Shown: positions 1-11,330, counted from the stretch's first letter. The stretch: DNA of 32,652 nucleotides from Octopus bimaculoides (GCF_001194135.2 NC_068989.1:46487215-46519866), one strand, 5' to 3'. Translations and numbers: made by a program. The notes: generated by a model not told the origin, from the sequence alone.

Positions 1-34
<34 letters not shown>
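1..34 (+). repeat. (TAA)n microsatellite immediately 5' of an R4/Dong-like element
   Basis: Perfect TAA run at the window start. Confidence 0.98.
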
Positions 35-297
35 CTGAGGCCCAACTACTACCCTTACTACTACCCTCACCCCTGCTACTGTTGCTGTTGCTGCAACCTC
101 TGCTGCTACAACACATAAAAACAATATCAGAGATATCAGTGATGAGAATAATAATAGTAATGAATGGAAACGGGTGGAGCCGCCTCCTCCTCCTCCTCCT
201 CCTCCTCCTCCTGGGCTGATTAATGATACATCTAGTGATGGTGTCACAATAAAAAATTCTGGTAATTGCGCAACCTGATAATCGCTACCTCAAATGA

Positions 298-2295
298 GTG
301 ATAATGAAAAAGCAAAATATTGTGAATAACGGTGGTAATGATACTGAAGCCAATGATTGTGACAGTGTTACACCCGATAGGCTCAGATTTTCTGGTCCGC
401 CTCCAGCCTGTCGATATCCAGAAAGGGACCACCACACACAGCGTAGATGGAGCAAGCAAATTAATGCTGTGGTCATGGAGTGTTACTGCCTGGGCAGCCC
501 GGTAGATGAAAATGGTGCTCAAATTAGAGGTTACCGACAATGTATGTATGATCATTGGAGAGAAAAGGGATTGTTTCAACTCACGGGACAGAGACTATGT
601 GATCAAGCTGGAGCAATAAGAAAAAACTGTTAGTTCGCAGAAATAGAGCTCGAAGCTATCAAAAGACGGTCGTGGAAAATAGCAGCAGAGATCACAATGA
701 AAATACAGTTCTAACTAATAAGAATAATCCCATAGCACACGAAAGGAGCAGTGGTAGTTTACTTGATGAGAGACATATAGATGATCCAAAAGAAGACAAT
801 AAAACTAATGGCGACATGACAGATGAACAAAAGGCAATCTACGACAGAATAAAGGTAAGACTACATGAGAACGGTAGTGACATTATTTGCAACCTTAAGA
901 AGGTTGATCGATGGAAATTGAACCAAGAAACGAAAAATGTCAATGAAATTCTGAAATACATCAGAACAAACATCACAGAAACAAATAATTTGACCAAGGC
1001 AGCAAGTATTGTTACAGCAGAAAACGTATGTGTTGATGTCAAGTAAAAGAAGTATGATAGGAGCGACAAAAGTAAAGATCCATGGTAGAAAAGAAGAATC
1101 GACGCAGGGTTAGACGTTCTCTAGAAGGAAATGTCTGTGTTAGACCGAAAAGAGAAAGGGGAGTATAAAAGCGAACAAAAATACAGGGCGCTGAAAAGGA
1201 AGGATAATACTGAAAGAAAGGGCCTGAAAGTAGTAGTGGAGAAACTGAAACAGTGCCACGTTGCAAAGAAAGCAAAAATGGTAAGATACGACCAAAGAAT
1301 GAAGGGTTACCACAAGAATAGGTTATTCAGAGTAGATCAGAAGAGATTCCATAAAGAAATAAAAGGAGTGGGTACATATGCAAAGTTGATACCAGATAAT
1401 ATTGAAAGTCAAAGGTTTTGGAGTGTCATCTGGAGCAAAGACAAGGAGCACAAGAAGGATACTGAATGGATGCAAGAACTGAAACAAACAGCAGTCTGTC
1501 CAAAACAGGCAGAACTAGTTAGGGAAGTGAAGGAAATCAGCAAAAAAAATGAGCAACTGGAAGGCCCCGGGACCAGATGGAGTTCAAGGCTACTGGATCA
1601 AAAGATTTGGTGAATGTCATACACGAATAGCTGCACAAATTAACACCTTGTTAAATGCCGATCAAGTAACACCAGACTGGTTGACATTGGGTAGGACAGT
1701 GCTGTGCCTGAAAAACATCCGCAAAGGCAATACGGTAGGCAATTAGAGGCCGATATCCTGCTTGCCGTTTATATGGAAATTATTGACTGGAATACTCGCA
1801 GAGTCAATGTACGAACATCTGGAAAAAAAACGAGTCCTGCCACATGAGCAGAAGGGTTGCAAGCGTAAGTGCAGAGGTACCAAGGATCAACTCCTGATAG
1901 ACAAAACTGTACTTAGAGACTGCAAGAGGGGGAAAAGTAACTTAGCCATGTCATGGATCGACTATCGTAAGGCGTACGATATGATCCCATATTCTTGGAT
2001 TATGGAATGTATGAACCAATTTGGTATTGCATCGAATGTTTAGCGATTGCTTGGAAAAAGTATGGCGAATTAGAGGACGGACCTGACAGCATACGGAAGA
2101 AGTTTAGAGACAGTAGAAATTAGGAGGCACATCTTCCAAGGGGACTGCTTGTCCCCACTGATCTTTGTACTGTACTTGATATCACTAACACTGATTCTGA
2201 GGAAAGCAAAAGCTGGGTATGTATTCAAAAGCCGCCAACAAAAAGTCAACCCTTTGTTATTCATGTATGACCTCAAACTTTATGGTAAAGATGAA
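298..2295 (+). mobile_element. Decayed R4/Dong-clade non-LTR retrotransposon (N-terminal region plus RT up to motif 5), 3'-truncated
   Basis: Joined ORF pieces give RRWSKQINAVVMECY...GYRQCMYDHW...[105 protein letters not shown] and LLFMYDLKLYGK. These match R4-clade motifs. There are several stops and frameshifts, and the (Y/F)xDD motif is mutated to FMYD. Confidence 0.9.
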
Positions 2296-2856
2296 ACCTA
2301 ACCTGCTATCCACATAATCCCTACCAGGAATAAGACCGAACCTGAGCCAAACCAAAATAATAACAGCAACAACAAAAATTTCTTTCTTTCTTTCTTTGTC
2401 ACAAACACTGAAAGACATTCAGGAAATTCCACAGAATTGCTAAATAGGAGGCTTTAAAATACACGTGAGGTGAAAAGGAGAAATTATACAAAAGCGAGAG
2501 GATGGTTTTAAAACGCTACACAAAATGAAACTTGACAAATTAAAACTGCCTAAAATACAAATATTAACATGGAATATATATTTAGGGTAAGATAAAACAA
2601 ACAAAGCCTAAAGCAAGATATTTATATCAAAATTAGATTGCCCACTTACGTTGTTCATGATGCACCACGTTCCTAATCAAGCTTGCAAACCATTTCCTTG
2701 ATGTATGATTGCCCGTATCTGTAGATTGCAAAACTATCTGTGAGGAGCTCCTATTTTATAGTATGCGAGTCAGTGCGCATGTCTTCTGGGATCGTTGAAA
2801 TATACGACTCCGTAAGATCTATCCAAAGTTTCTATTAATATTCTGTCATTTAAAAA

Positions 2857-2915
2857 GGCGGCGATCTGGCAGAATTATTATTGCACCGGAAGAAATGCTA
2901 CTAAGCATTTCTTCT
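2857..2915 (+). mobile_element. SINE family B, diverged 5' head fragment
   Basis: GGCGGCGATCTGGCAGAA resembles the head of the copy at 19742-19974 (GGCGGCGAGCTGGCAGAA). Confidence 0.55.
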
Positions 2916-2936
2916 GGTACGGTAACAATCCTTCCG

Positions 2937-3046
2937 ATAGATATAGAAAGATAGATATATAGAGAGATAGAGATGGATAGAGGGGTATAGAGATATAGAG
3001 ATAGATAGAGAGAAATGGATAGTGAGATATAGAAAGAGAGATATAG
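2937..3046 (+). repeat. Compound (GATA)n/(GA)n microsatellite
   Basis: Direct reading. Confidence 0.9.
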
Positions 3047-3059
3047 ACCTCACTGACGC

Positions 3060-3392
3060 AAGAAAACGAGAAGTAAATATTTTAAAAAATTGCTAATATA
3101 TAAAGCAATATTTAAAATTTTTTTATGACCAAATGAATGTCAGGGAAACACTCAATTTCTGAAAGTTACTTCGCAAAGAGTTACCTCTCTTCTCTACGTA
3201 CCCCAGGAACGGGTGTTTTCTGCCCTCAGGGGGCCCGTTCCTCATTATGTAAAAACTTTTAAGAGTCTAAAACCATCCCTGGAACATAAGCAATGTATGT
3301 TCCCAGTTTGGAGAAAATCAGTTGAAAAATACAGCCGCTATAATCTTTTAAACACACACAGACAGAAAAGCATTTATATTATAGATATAGAT
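3060..3392 (+). mobile_element. Possible non-autonomous Helitron/Helentron-type (Lep1/DINE-like) element
   Basis: The 3' part (CCCAGTTTGGAGAAAATCAGTTGAAAAA...ACACACACAGACAGAAAAGCATTTATATTATAGATATAGAT) resembles the layout of Lep1/DINE-1-type termini. Boundaries are uncertain and the resemblance is from memory only. Confidence 0.35.
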
Positions 3393-3974
3393 AATAGAAA
3401 TATTATTATTTCTAAATCTCTCAAAGAGAGACATTAATTTACAGTTCTTTAAAGTAAAGGCTATTTGCCAACATAATGAGGCTGTCCCGAAAAGGACGAT
3501 GTTGCTGTTGTTTTAGCCCCAAGAAACATCGTTTCTAGCTGTTTATATTACACACTGTCTGTGTCCTTATGTTTTCGAACCACCCTGCGCAAACTAACTT
3601 CTGTGGACTATTTTTGAGTTATTAACCTTTATCAACACAGAGTAGATGGCGTTGCCGAATTCACCGTTCGAACATACAGTTTCCAGATTGACACACAGTC
3701 ACTGATCAAAAAGAAAAATAGAATTGCTGTACATTACCTCACTCCCTCCACAAAAATCGATGTTGCCTGGTCAGGCGCACTGTGTACCACGTGCCAGGTC
3801 ACGAAGTGATTTCAGTGTTACGTGAAATTAAGGGTTTTGCTCAAGAAAAAAATGCACTACCCAGTCCAAATACTGAAATCACAATCTCGCGATCGTTAGT
3901 CCAACACCCTAACTACAATACCATGCGCCCCTCACACACATACTCACAAACATACACTCACACGTCTGTATATA

Positions 3975-4334
3975 GGCGTAAGAGTGGCTGTGTGGTAAGC
4001 AGCTTGCTTACCAACCACATGGATCCCATCCTGGTTCATGGTTCCGGGTTCAGTCCCACTGCGTGGAACTTTGGGCAAGTGTGATCTACTATAGCCTCGG
4101 GCCGACCAAAGCCTTGTGAGTGGATTTGGTAGACGGAAACTGAAAGAAGCCCATCGTATATATATATATATATATATNNNNNNNNNNGTAACTTAGCGGT
4201 TCGGCAAAAAGAGACCGATAGAATAAGTACTAGGCTTACAAAGAATAAGTCCTGGGGTCGATTTGCTCGACTAAAGGTGATGCCCCAGCATGGCCGCAGT
4301 CAAATGACTGAAACAAGTAGAAGAGTAAAAGAGT
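3975..4334 (+). mobile_element. SINE family A (tRNA-like head, CORE-like ACCTTGGGCAAGT-type motif, internal TA/TG microsatellite, GAGTAAAA tail); 3-bp ATA direct repeats at the flanks
   Basis: Box A-like TGGCTGTGTGG and box B-like GGTTCAGTCCC. Near-identical to copies at 11908, 14753 and 21458. ATA at 3972-3974 and 4335-4337. Contains a 10-N gap and a 19-nt extra segment at about 4019-4037. Confidence 0.92.
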
Positions 4335-4389
4335 ATATGTAGGCATGCATATACAGTGTTAAATAAATATTGATATATACATGTAATTT

Positions 4390-5791
4390 TGGGTGGATTT
4401 CTACTAGTTTGCAGGTTGTCTTAGTGCATTTTCTCCACAGAATTTCAAATATATTCGTCAAGTGAATCGGAAAACTGTCTGCGAACGTGCTTAAAGTTGT
4501 TTATCATCTGCAGAGTGCACCTTGAGTTCATCTATACATGAAGCATGGTTGGTTGTCCTTACATAAAATTTATATCCAAGACCAATTAGATGAGCATGCT
4601 AGTAAACAATTGGAATGTTAAGGAGTGAGTACAAAATATCCGCATTGGCATATTGCTTTTTTAATTGGCAACGAAATTATTTATATAATACCCTCCAGAA
4701 TTTGTTTCGTGAAATTGTTTACCATATGTCAATCATATTATTGATGTGCCTCTTTATTTTTGCTGCTGTCTTCCTTATGGCTAGAATTTCTACAATCAGC
4801 ATAAGGGGTTCGCTGATCGATAGGAAAGTTATATCTGCAATATTATTGGAGTGAAGGTATCGATGAGGCTCCATTCGTTTGCGTCCTTCTCCAACAGCTC
4901 CACCACAACCGGATTCAAACAAGAGCTTTCATTTAAAGTATACGGTTACCAATGCAGTAGATAAGCTGTCCATCTTGCAGATGGACAGTTATTAAGCCAA
5001 CCATTTCCATAACTGGCGATTCGTTCACATAATCATTAAACATCTGCCTTTTTTCAGGTAACGTTAGCGACTTTTAGTAACAGTCTACTTACTTCCACTT
5101 CGTATTGAAGCCCAACAGCTACAGTTCAAAGTGCTGAAAAGCCATGTATATCTTCGTGGAATGGAATAAGCACATCTTCATAGTCAATCCATGTCTTTCT
5201 CAAACGTTTCAGTCTTCTGCTCGTGCGTTATGATTTTGTTGATCAGTAATTGTCTTTTATATATTTGCCTTATTGGCATCTCTTCGTTTCTTTTTTTCAT
5301 CCAACGGAGTTTTCTTCTCAGGTAACAGTTTACCTTCTGTGATATTACTGATGTTAACTTTATTTGTTTCTACTTTATTCTCGCTGTATAACTATTAATT
5401 AATTAAATCTTGTTTCCTTGCTACATTAAATATAATAGTGCCAGTTGCCTCACGTTTCGTACGACTGATATCTCACACTTATGGTTTGTCTGTAGTAATG
5501 GAGATTAATAGGGATTTCCTTTCAGCGAGCTATTCATCTGTTTTATTGTTCTTGTTTTGTTCAGTAGGTTTTTGAATACATTTCTAGCAATTTATTTGTG
5601 TACGTTCGTTAATATTAAAAACTAGATGTTTGGAAAATTATCTCTTCCTGATGAACTTTTATAGTTCATTCGACGTAACATCTGGGCTACATTTTGTGTT
5701 ATTGCTATTTCCAATAATAGCGCAAATTATTAAGCTGCTAAACGTATTGTTTTAAACTTTCTCTGACATTGTTGCTCCTTCACTGCCAAAA

Positions 5792-5853
<62 letters not shown>

Positions 5854-6700
5854 CCATTGTTTTATTCCTCGTGATGTTATTTTATTGATTTTCGTTTGAT
5901 TTTCATTTTTGATAGCTAGATAAAATCATTTGGAGTCGAAGTCACACTGATTTGTTTGAAGAATTGTTGTTGCTTTTCATACTGGCCGATTCTTTGCGAT
6001 ATAGCAAGGGACTTTTGCTTTAGATGTTCTTTGATTCCAGGTACTCTTTAGTGTTATAGTTTATGTTTATAGTTTTTGTCTATGGTCTATTTGTTAGTTG
6101 TATCTTTTGATTATTGATTTCATTAATGATTAAGTATTTTTTTTTGTTTTTATTGCCTATCTTTTTCTGTGTTGTTTTTATTCCTTTGTTTCCGTAGGTT
6201 TTCATATTTTTACATCAATAATTCAGAGGAATTACCCACATCTCCTTGTAACTGCTAAGGTTGAAGCATATATAAATCGACTTATTTTGGAGATATTGAT
6301 GTTGGTTTGTTTTCATTAAGTCCACGACGACTAAGTTTGATAGCTACTATTTTTTATTGTAGATTTATCTTATTTAGCGTCATCTTTTGAGTGCAGCTAC
6401 TCACGTGTGTTAAAAGGAATATTTCCTGTTTGATGTTAATTGGCTAACTATTTTCAGTTGGAATTTATTGACTCATCCCTATTTTACCCGCTTCTAGTAT
6501 TTTATTATTAAAACTTTCTCGTATTCCATTTTATTTTGATTCAGTTCAAGTACTTCTAATTCGGCTTTCGTTGGTTATTATTCTGTTGGTGCAATTGTAT
6601 TTATTCATGATTTGGTATGCTTGGAATGCAATAAGTCTAACATTGAGGTTTATTATTTGCGGTTATGCTATCTATTGTTTCTTAATGGAGCTGGAGAACA
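4390..6700 (-). mobile_element. Highly decayed R4/Dong-clade non-LTR retrotransposon remnant(s)
   Basis: Minus-strand translation gives PTKAELEVLE, NISKISRFIYASTLAVT, KEHLKQKSLAISQRIGQYEKQQQFFKQ, RMNYKSSSGRDNFPNI, YKRQLLINKII, TWIDYE, KLLFESGCG and TNHASCIDELKVHSADDKQL. These are broadly colinear with the element at 298-2295. There are many stops and frameshifts, and a (CA)n interruption. Confidence 0.7.
5794..5852 (+). repeat. (CA)n microsatellite inside the R4-like remnant
   Basis: Direct reading. Confidence 0.98.
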
Positions 6701-6720
6701 TTGTGGATTACCATTGGTAT

Positions 6721-6912
6721 AGAACACTGAAGCAAGTTCAGGCAGCACGTTTGAAACAAATTTGTGACAGTATCGTTAAAGCAATTTCAAGGAGCGTCGT
6801 TAAAGCAATTTCTGAGAGTATCGTTGAAGCATGTTCTGGCAGTACTGTTGAAGAAACTTCTAGAAGTTTCATTGAAACAATTTCTAGTAGTGTTATTGAA
6901 GCAAGTTCTACT
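6721..6912. repeat. Degenerate 24-bp minisatellite, about 8 units
   Basis: Units start at 6769, 6793, 6817, 6841, 6865 and 6889 (AGTATCGTTAAAGCAATTTCAAGG-like), with two looser units at 6721-6768. Confidence 0.85.
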
Positions 6913-7486
6913 GATAGTTGGAAGACAGATGTGGATTTGAAGGATGCGCTCAAGTTTTCAAGTCATCTTGTTATAACGAAGTAACACCTTGACCTTATTG
7001 GACGATCAGACGTGGCATTAAACTTCTGATTGCGGAATGGATGCCTTGAGAAAGCAACATGGAGTAGGCACATGAAAAGAATGACCTAAAATATTAAGAG
7101 TACAGGCAATGTGCAAAGCAATGGCGCTTCTTGTAGAAGTGGGATATTGTAGGTTTGTAGCCAAATTCGCAATATCATACATGGTTTGTTTTGGAACAAG
7201 GAACGATAGCATATCAATGGTGAACTAATCGGAGTAGGAAGCAGAAAGTTCTTCCTCACTGACAGAAAAGAGGCGCGTGAAAGAAAGTTTAATGTTTAGA
7301 GCGAAGAAAAAATTTCAACAGTTGAAGTGGTCGCAACTATACACAACTAGGTGTAGGGGTGAATGGTATCGGAGGTAAAATCAGTGTTTTATGATCCAAA
7401 CGAACCAGATAATTATTGTCATCAATGGTGCTTGATACCGTAAAGGAAATGGGATCACATTGTAATATATAAATAGCAGAATATTA

Positions 7487-7692
7487 GTTTCAAATTTTGC
7501 CACAAGGCCAGCAATTTTGCGCTAAGGCTAAGTCGATTACATCGACTCCAGTTCTCAACTGTTACTTAATTTATAAATTCCAAAAGGACGAAAGGCAGTG
7601 TCTATTTCGGCGACATTTGAAATTTGAGCGTAGTCAGAAAAAAGTGCCAATTTTTTTCCGGTGCCGTAACGATTTCCGCAGCACGCCGTCTT
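7487..7692 (-). mobile_element. SINE family B, diverged near-full copy
   Basis: Colinear with 19742-19974 and 21131-21310 over head and body; tail is GGCCTTGTGGCAAAATTTGAAAC. Confidence 0.85.
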
Positions 7693-7709
7693 TATAAATG
7701 ACAGAATAT

Positions 7710-7882
7710 TGGTTTTAAATTCTGGCACAAGGCCAGTAATTTCGGGGGAGGTGATTCGTCAATTACATCGACCCTAGTGTTCACATGTTACACATTTTAC
7801 CGACTCCGAAAGGATGAAAGCCAAAGTCGACAGCGGTGGCTTTGAACTTAGAACGAAAAGTCGGAAGAAATGCTGCAAAGCA

Positions 7883-7883
<1 letters not shown>
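7710..7883 (-). mobile_element. SINE family B, 5'-truncated copy in tandem with the previous one
   Basis: Shares the GTCGACTTTGGCTTTCATCCTTTCGGAGTCG body and the GGCCTTGTGCCAGAATTTAAAACC tail. Confidence 0.85.
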
Positions 7884-7886
<3 letters not shown>

Positions 7887-7945
<59 letters not shown>

Positions 7946-7986
7946 TTATCTCTCTCTTTCTCTCTCTCTCTTTCTCTCTCTCTCTT

Positions 7987-8017
<31 letters not shown>

Positions 8018-8137
8018 ATCTCTCTCTCTATCCATCTCTATCTCTGTATCTATCTATCTCTCTGTATCTATCTATCTCTCTGTATCTATCTGTCTATATC
8101 TTATTTATCTATCTATTTCTATCTTATTTGTCTAACT

Positions 8138-8185
<48 letters not shown>
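7887..8185 (+). repeat. Compound (CT)n/(ATCT)n microsatellite
   Basis: Direct reading. Confidence 0.97.
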
Positions 8186-8188
<3 letters not shown>

Positions 8189-8272
8189 CCTCTCCCTATG
8201 TCTCGCTTACTCTCTGTTGTTTTCGATCGCTATTTACGACCAACATCGACAGCTTACTGATAGAAAGAAGTT

Positions 8273-8425
8273 CGCAATTACTGATGAAAATAATTTCATT
8301 CATAATCTAGTGACAGAAGTAACTTCATAAGTTTCACTTCAATCTGTACACTTCGTTAAATTTGACTACAATTTCTTATTTACTTTTGCAACGTTGTGTG
8401 TGTGTGTGCGTGTGTGTGTGCGTGT

Positions 8426-8487
<62 letters not shown>

Positions 8488-8748
8488 NNNNNNNNNNNNN
8501 NNNNNNNNNNNNNNNNNNNNNNNNNNNNNNNNNNNNNNNNNNNNNNNNGTCCAACCCATGCTAGCATGGAAAGCGGACGTTAAACGATGATGATGATGTA
8601 TATATATGTGTGTGTGTGTGTTGTTTACGGAATTACTGATAAAAGTAAGTTAATAATTTACCGACAGAAGTAACTTCAAAATTTTAATTAAATCTGTGCA
8701 CTTAGTTAATTTCCCTAAAATTTTCTTATTTACTTTTGCAACGGTTTT
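8273..8748 (+). repeat. Degenerate roughly 120-bp direct repeat pair (8273-8395 and 8629-8748) upstream of the Helitron ORF, separated by (TG)n, a gap and a SINE tail
   Basis: Both copies share AATTACTGAT, GACAGAAGTAACTTCA, AATCTGT(A/G)CACTT and TTTCTTATTTACTTTTGCAACG. A further partial TTTCTTATTTACTTT lies at about 8846-8860. Confidence 0.8.
8549..8599 (+). mobile_element. Probable 3' tail of a SINE/LINE ending in (GAT)n
   Basis: GTCCAACCCATGCTAGCATGGAAAGCGGACGTTAAAC followed by GATGATGATGATG; the 5' part is hidden in a gap. Family recognition is from memory only. Confidence 0.45.
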
Positions 8749-8932
8749 GTGTTTTTCTGTTGTCTTCTGGTTCCTTCGATACTAGCTATTTGGTTCACTG
8801 ACAAATTTCTCTTCAACCCGTACAATTCTTTATTTTCCGTAAAAATTTCTTATTTACTTTCTGTCCGTTACCCAGTTATTTTCATTGTTTACTATTTTTT
8901 GCATCCGCGTACTTCTGTATACATGTATAACC

Positions 8933-9520
8933 ATGCCAAGAAGGAACGTGTCAAATTTGTCGATAATGTCAAGGCGAGCCAAAAGAATGTCTCTGTCCAG
9001 GGAAAGAGAGACAGCTGCAGAAAGGGAAGCATACCAAGAAACGAACAGACTGTGCACTACAAAAGCCAGAGCATCTCAAAAGGACGAACAGAGGTATGCA
9101 CAGCTGACAAGGAATAGGACATCCATTGCAGAACGAATAATAATTGCAGCATCTCAAAGAAGCAATTTCTATGAAGCAGCTTTCAATTATGATCCAGCAG
9201 TTCATTATGCAGATGACATTAAAGTTGCCATTGGTGTAATGACAACTGAGTGCAAAGAAATGGCCCGGAGAGACACCTGCATTGTGCTGCAGTGGTAGAA
9301 AGGTTAAACTCCCTGCAGTCTCCCAACCTCGAGAGCCATTGAAGAAACTGTTGTCATCAACTGACCAACATTCCAAGCAGTTCCAAAACAAAATTAGACA
9401 GTACAACGCTGTACTACAGATGGCATGATTTGGAGCCACAAGAATTTAACTGAGCCAGGATTCATGCAAATTTTCATGATCCAAGGTCAGATTTATCATC
9501 GGATTGTCTCTCTAATACCT
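8933..9520 (+). pseudogene. Helitron RepHel N-terminal fragment (pseudogenised)
   Basis: MPRRNVSNLSIMSRRAKRM...EAAFNYDP..YADDIKVAIGVMTTEC, then after a frameshift KKWPGETPALCCSGRKVKLP...EPLKKLL...SKQFQNKIRQYNAVLQMA*FGA and FMIQGQIYHRIVSLIP. These are the conserved N-terminal motifs of animal Helitron proteins. Rep and helicase domains are absent. Confidence 0.88.
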
Positions 9521-9794
9521 TTGAATCACCAAAATCGACCTTTCGTTGTTTATAATCTGTACCTCTTTTTGGTTACGAAATAAGCTACACAAAACGTATT
9601 TTTTTAGAATTACATATATTTATTTTATATACATATATGAGTTGAAAACTTTCTTTTAACATTTCACTTAACGTCTATGTTCCATGAGAGCATGGGCTGT
9701 AGAGATATTAATGTAGAAAGTTGGTATCTCAGCTACTAGTAGCTGAAACCTGCATAATCTAGACGGCGTTTTAAAATTTCATTATTCATTTTAG

Positions 9795-9822
9795 CCTGGA
9801 CAACGCCGGGTATTTCTGCTAG
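9795..9822 (+). mobile_element. Helitron 3' terminus (hairpin plus CTAG followed by T)
   Basis: The CCTGG-ACAACG-CCGGG hairpin (9795-9810, one G.T pair) lies 8 nt before CTAG (9819-9822), which is followed by T. This is the canonical Helitron 3' end. Confidence 0.8.
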
Positions 9823-9823
9823 T

Positions 9824-10211
9824 ATGTATGTATATATATATATATATATATATANNNNNNNNNNNNNNNNNNNNNNNNNNNNNNNNNNNNNNNNNNNNNN
9901 NNNNNNNNNNNNNNNNNNNNNNNNNNNNNNNNNNNNNNNNNNNNNNNNNNNNNNNNNNNNNNNNNNNNNNNNNNNNNNNNNNNNNNNNNNNNNNNNNNNN
10001 NNNNNNNNNNNNNNNNNNNNNNNNNNNNNNNNNNNNNNNNNNNNNNNNNNNNNNNNNNNNNNNNNNNNNNNNNNNNNNNNNNNNNNNNNNNNNNNNNNNN
10101 NNNNNNNNNNNNNNNNNNNNNNNNNNNNNNNNNNNNNNNNNNNNNNNNNNNNNNNNNNNNNNNNNNNNNNNNNNNNNNNNNNNNNNNNNNNNNNNNNNNN
10201 NNNNNNNNNNN

Positions 10212-10251
<40 letters not shown>
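9824..10251 (+). repeat. (TA)n microsatellite spanning a gap
   Basis: TA runs on both sides of N 9855-10210. Confidence 0.9.
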
Positions 10252-10255
<4 letters not shown>

Positions 10256-10815
10256 TCACACACGCACACATATTATGCTACGTATGTTATAATTACCGTT
10301 CAGAGACGGTCCATTACGGACAGAGTACAAGACACATTAAGGGGAATATCTATAGCTTCTACAATGCAGCGGTGCAACCTGGCCAAAGCATTCTATTTTC
10401 TGAAACGGTATAACAGATCCTATCGGAAAAATAGGGCCCCATGTCCTACTTCAATTATTACAAAAAGTACTTAGAGCCTTTAACGTACCGAAAAGCTTCT
10501 CAGCATACACTTGGCTACGCAGTTTTTAACTTCTTATAATGAAAGTGAAGTTTTGTTTATTGAAAGTCTGCTTGTTTTAGAAAATAACAATGCAAAGATT
10601 TTATAGAGCTGTAAGCCCACCGACAGATCACTAGCTAACACGAAATACGCCAGAAACCAATTTCTTTGGCAAAAATAACAATAAAATATGAATAATTGAC
10701 GCAGCGGCACTATTATGACTATATAGTGCTGTACTGAAGTAAGATGCTAAAGTAAAGAAATTAGAATGATTGATTTGTGGAAGTAATTTCTTAGGCGCTC
10801 TACGAATTCTATCAT

Positions 10816-10906
10816 TCACCACTACCACCACCATCCACCACCACCACCACCACCACCACAAACACAACAGCAACTTTTATTAACAATAACAATAACAACA
10901 ACATTA
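10816..10906 (+). repeat. (CAC)n followed by (CAA/TAA)n low-complexity tract
   Basis: Direct reading. Confidence 0.85.
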
Positions 10907-10909
10907 TTA

Positions 10910-11097
10910 GTTTTTTAATTTTGGCACAAGGCCAGCAGTTTCGGAGGAAGGGGTTAAGTGGATTACATCGACACTGGTATTTTATTGATTTCAGAAGGAT
11001 GAAAGGCAAGGCTGACTTTAGTGTAATTTGAAGTCAGAACGTAAGGGCAGACGAAATGATGCTAAGAATTTTACCCCGCCTATCAGATCACCGCCTT
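10910..11097 (-). mobile_element. SINE family B, diverged copy
   Basis: Colinear with other family B copies, from the AAGGCGGTGATCTG head to the GGCCTTGTGCCAAAATT tail. Confidence 0.85.
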
Positions 11098-11330
11098 AAT
11101 AATGATAATGATAGTAATAATAATAACTGGAACGACTTATGTACTGAGAAGAGCATTATCGCTGTGAAAACAACATCCATTCATGAATTTTTTTTTTCTT
11201 AGATACATGTTTTACCTGTGAATTTGCGTGTGTAAACTGGGAATGCATACAACAAGTTTCTCTGCCCTAGGTGTACGGAAAACACTCGGCGAGAAATGGA
11301 AGAAAATTTGAAGAAAGAAGAAAAAAAAAC

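Noticed and set aside
244-2276. ORFs at 298, 672, 1131, 1549 and 1762 as separate host genes
   Set aside because: They are consecutive pieces of one broken retrotransposon ORF.
6571-6984. 137-aa plus-strand ORF as a real gene
   Set aside because: It starts at TTG, its first half is antisense to R4 remnant sequence, and its second half is the minisatellite.
5648-8290. Further CTGATGA motifs at 5648 and 8281 as hammerheads
   Set aside because: Neither is followed by a stem II and GAAA.
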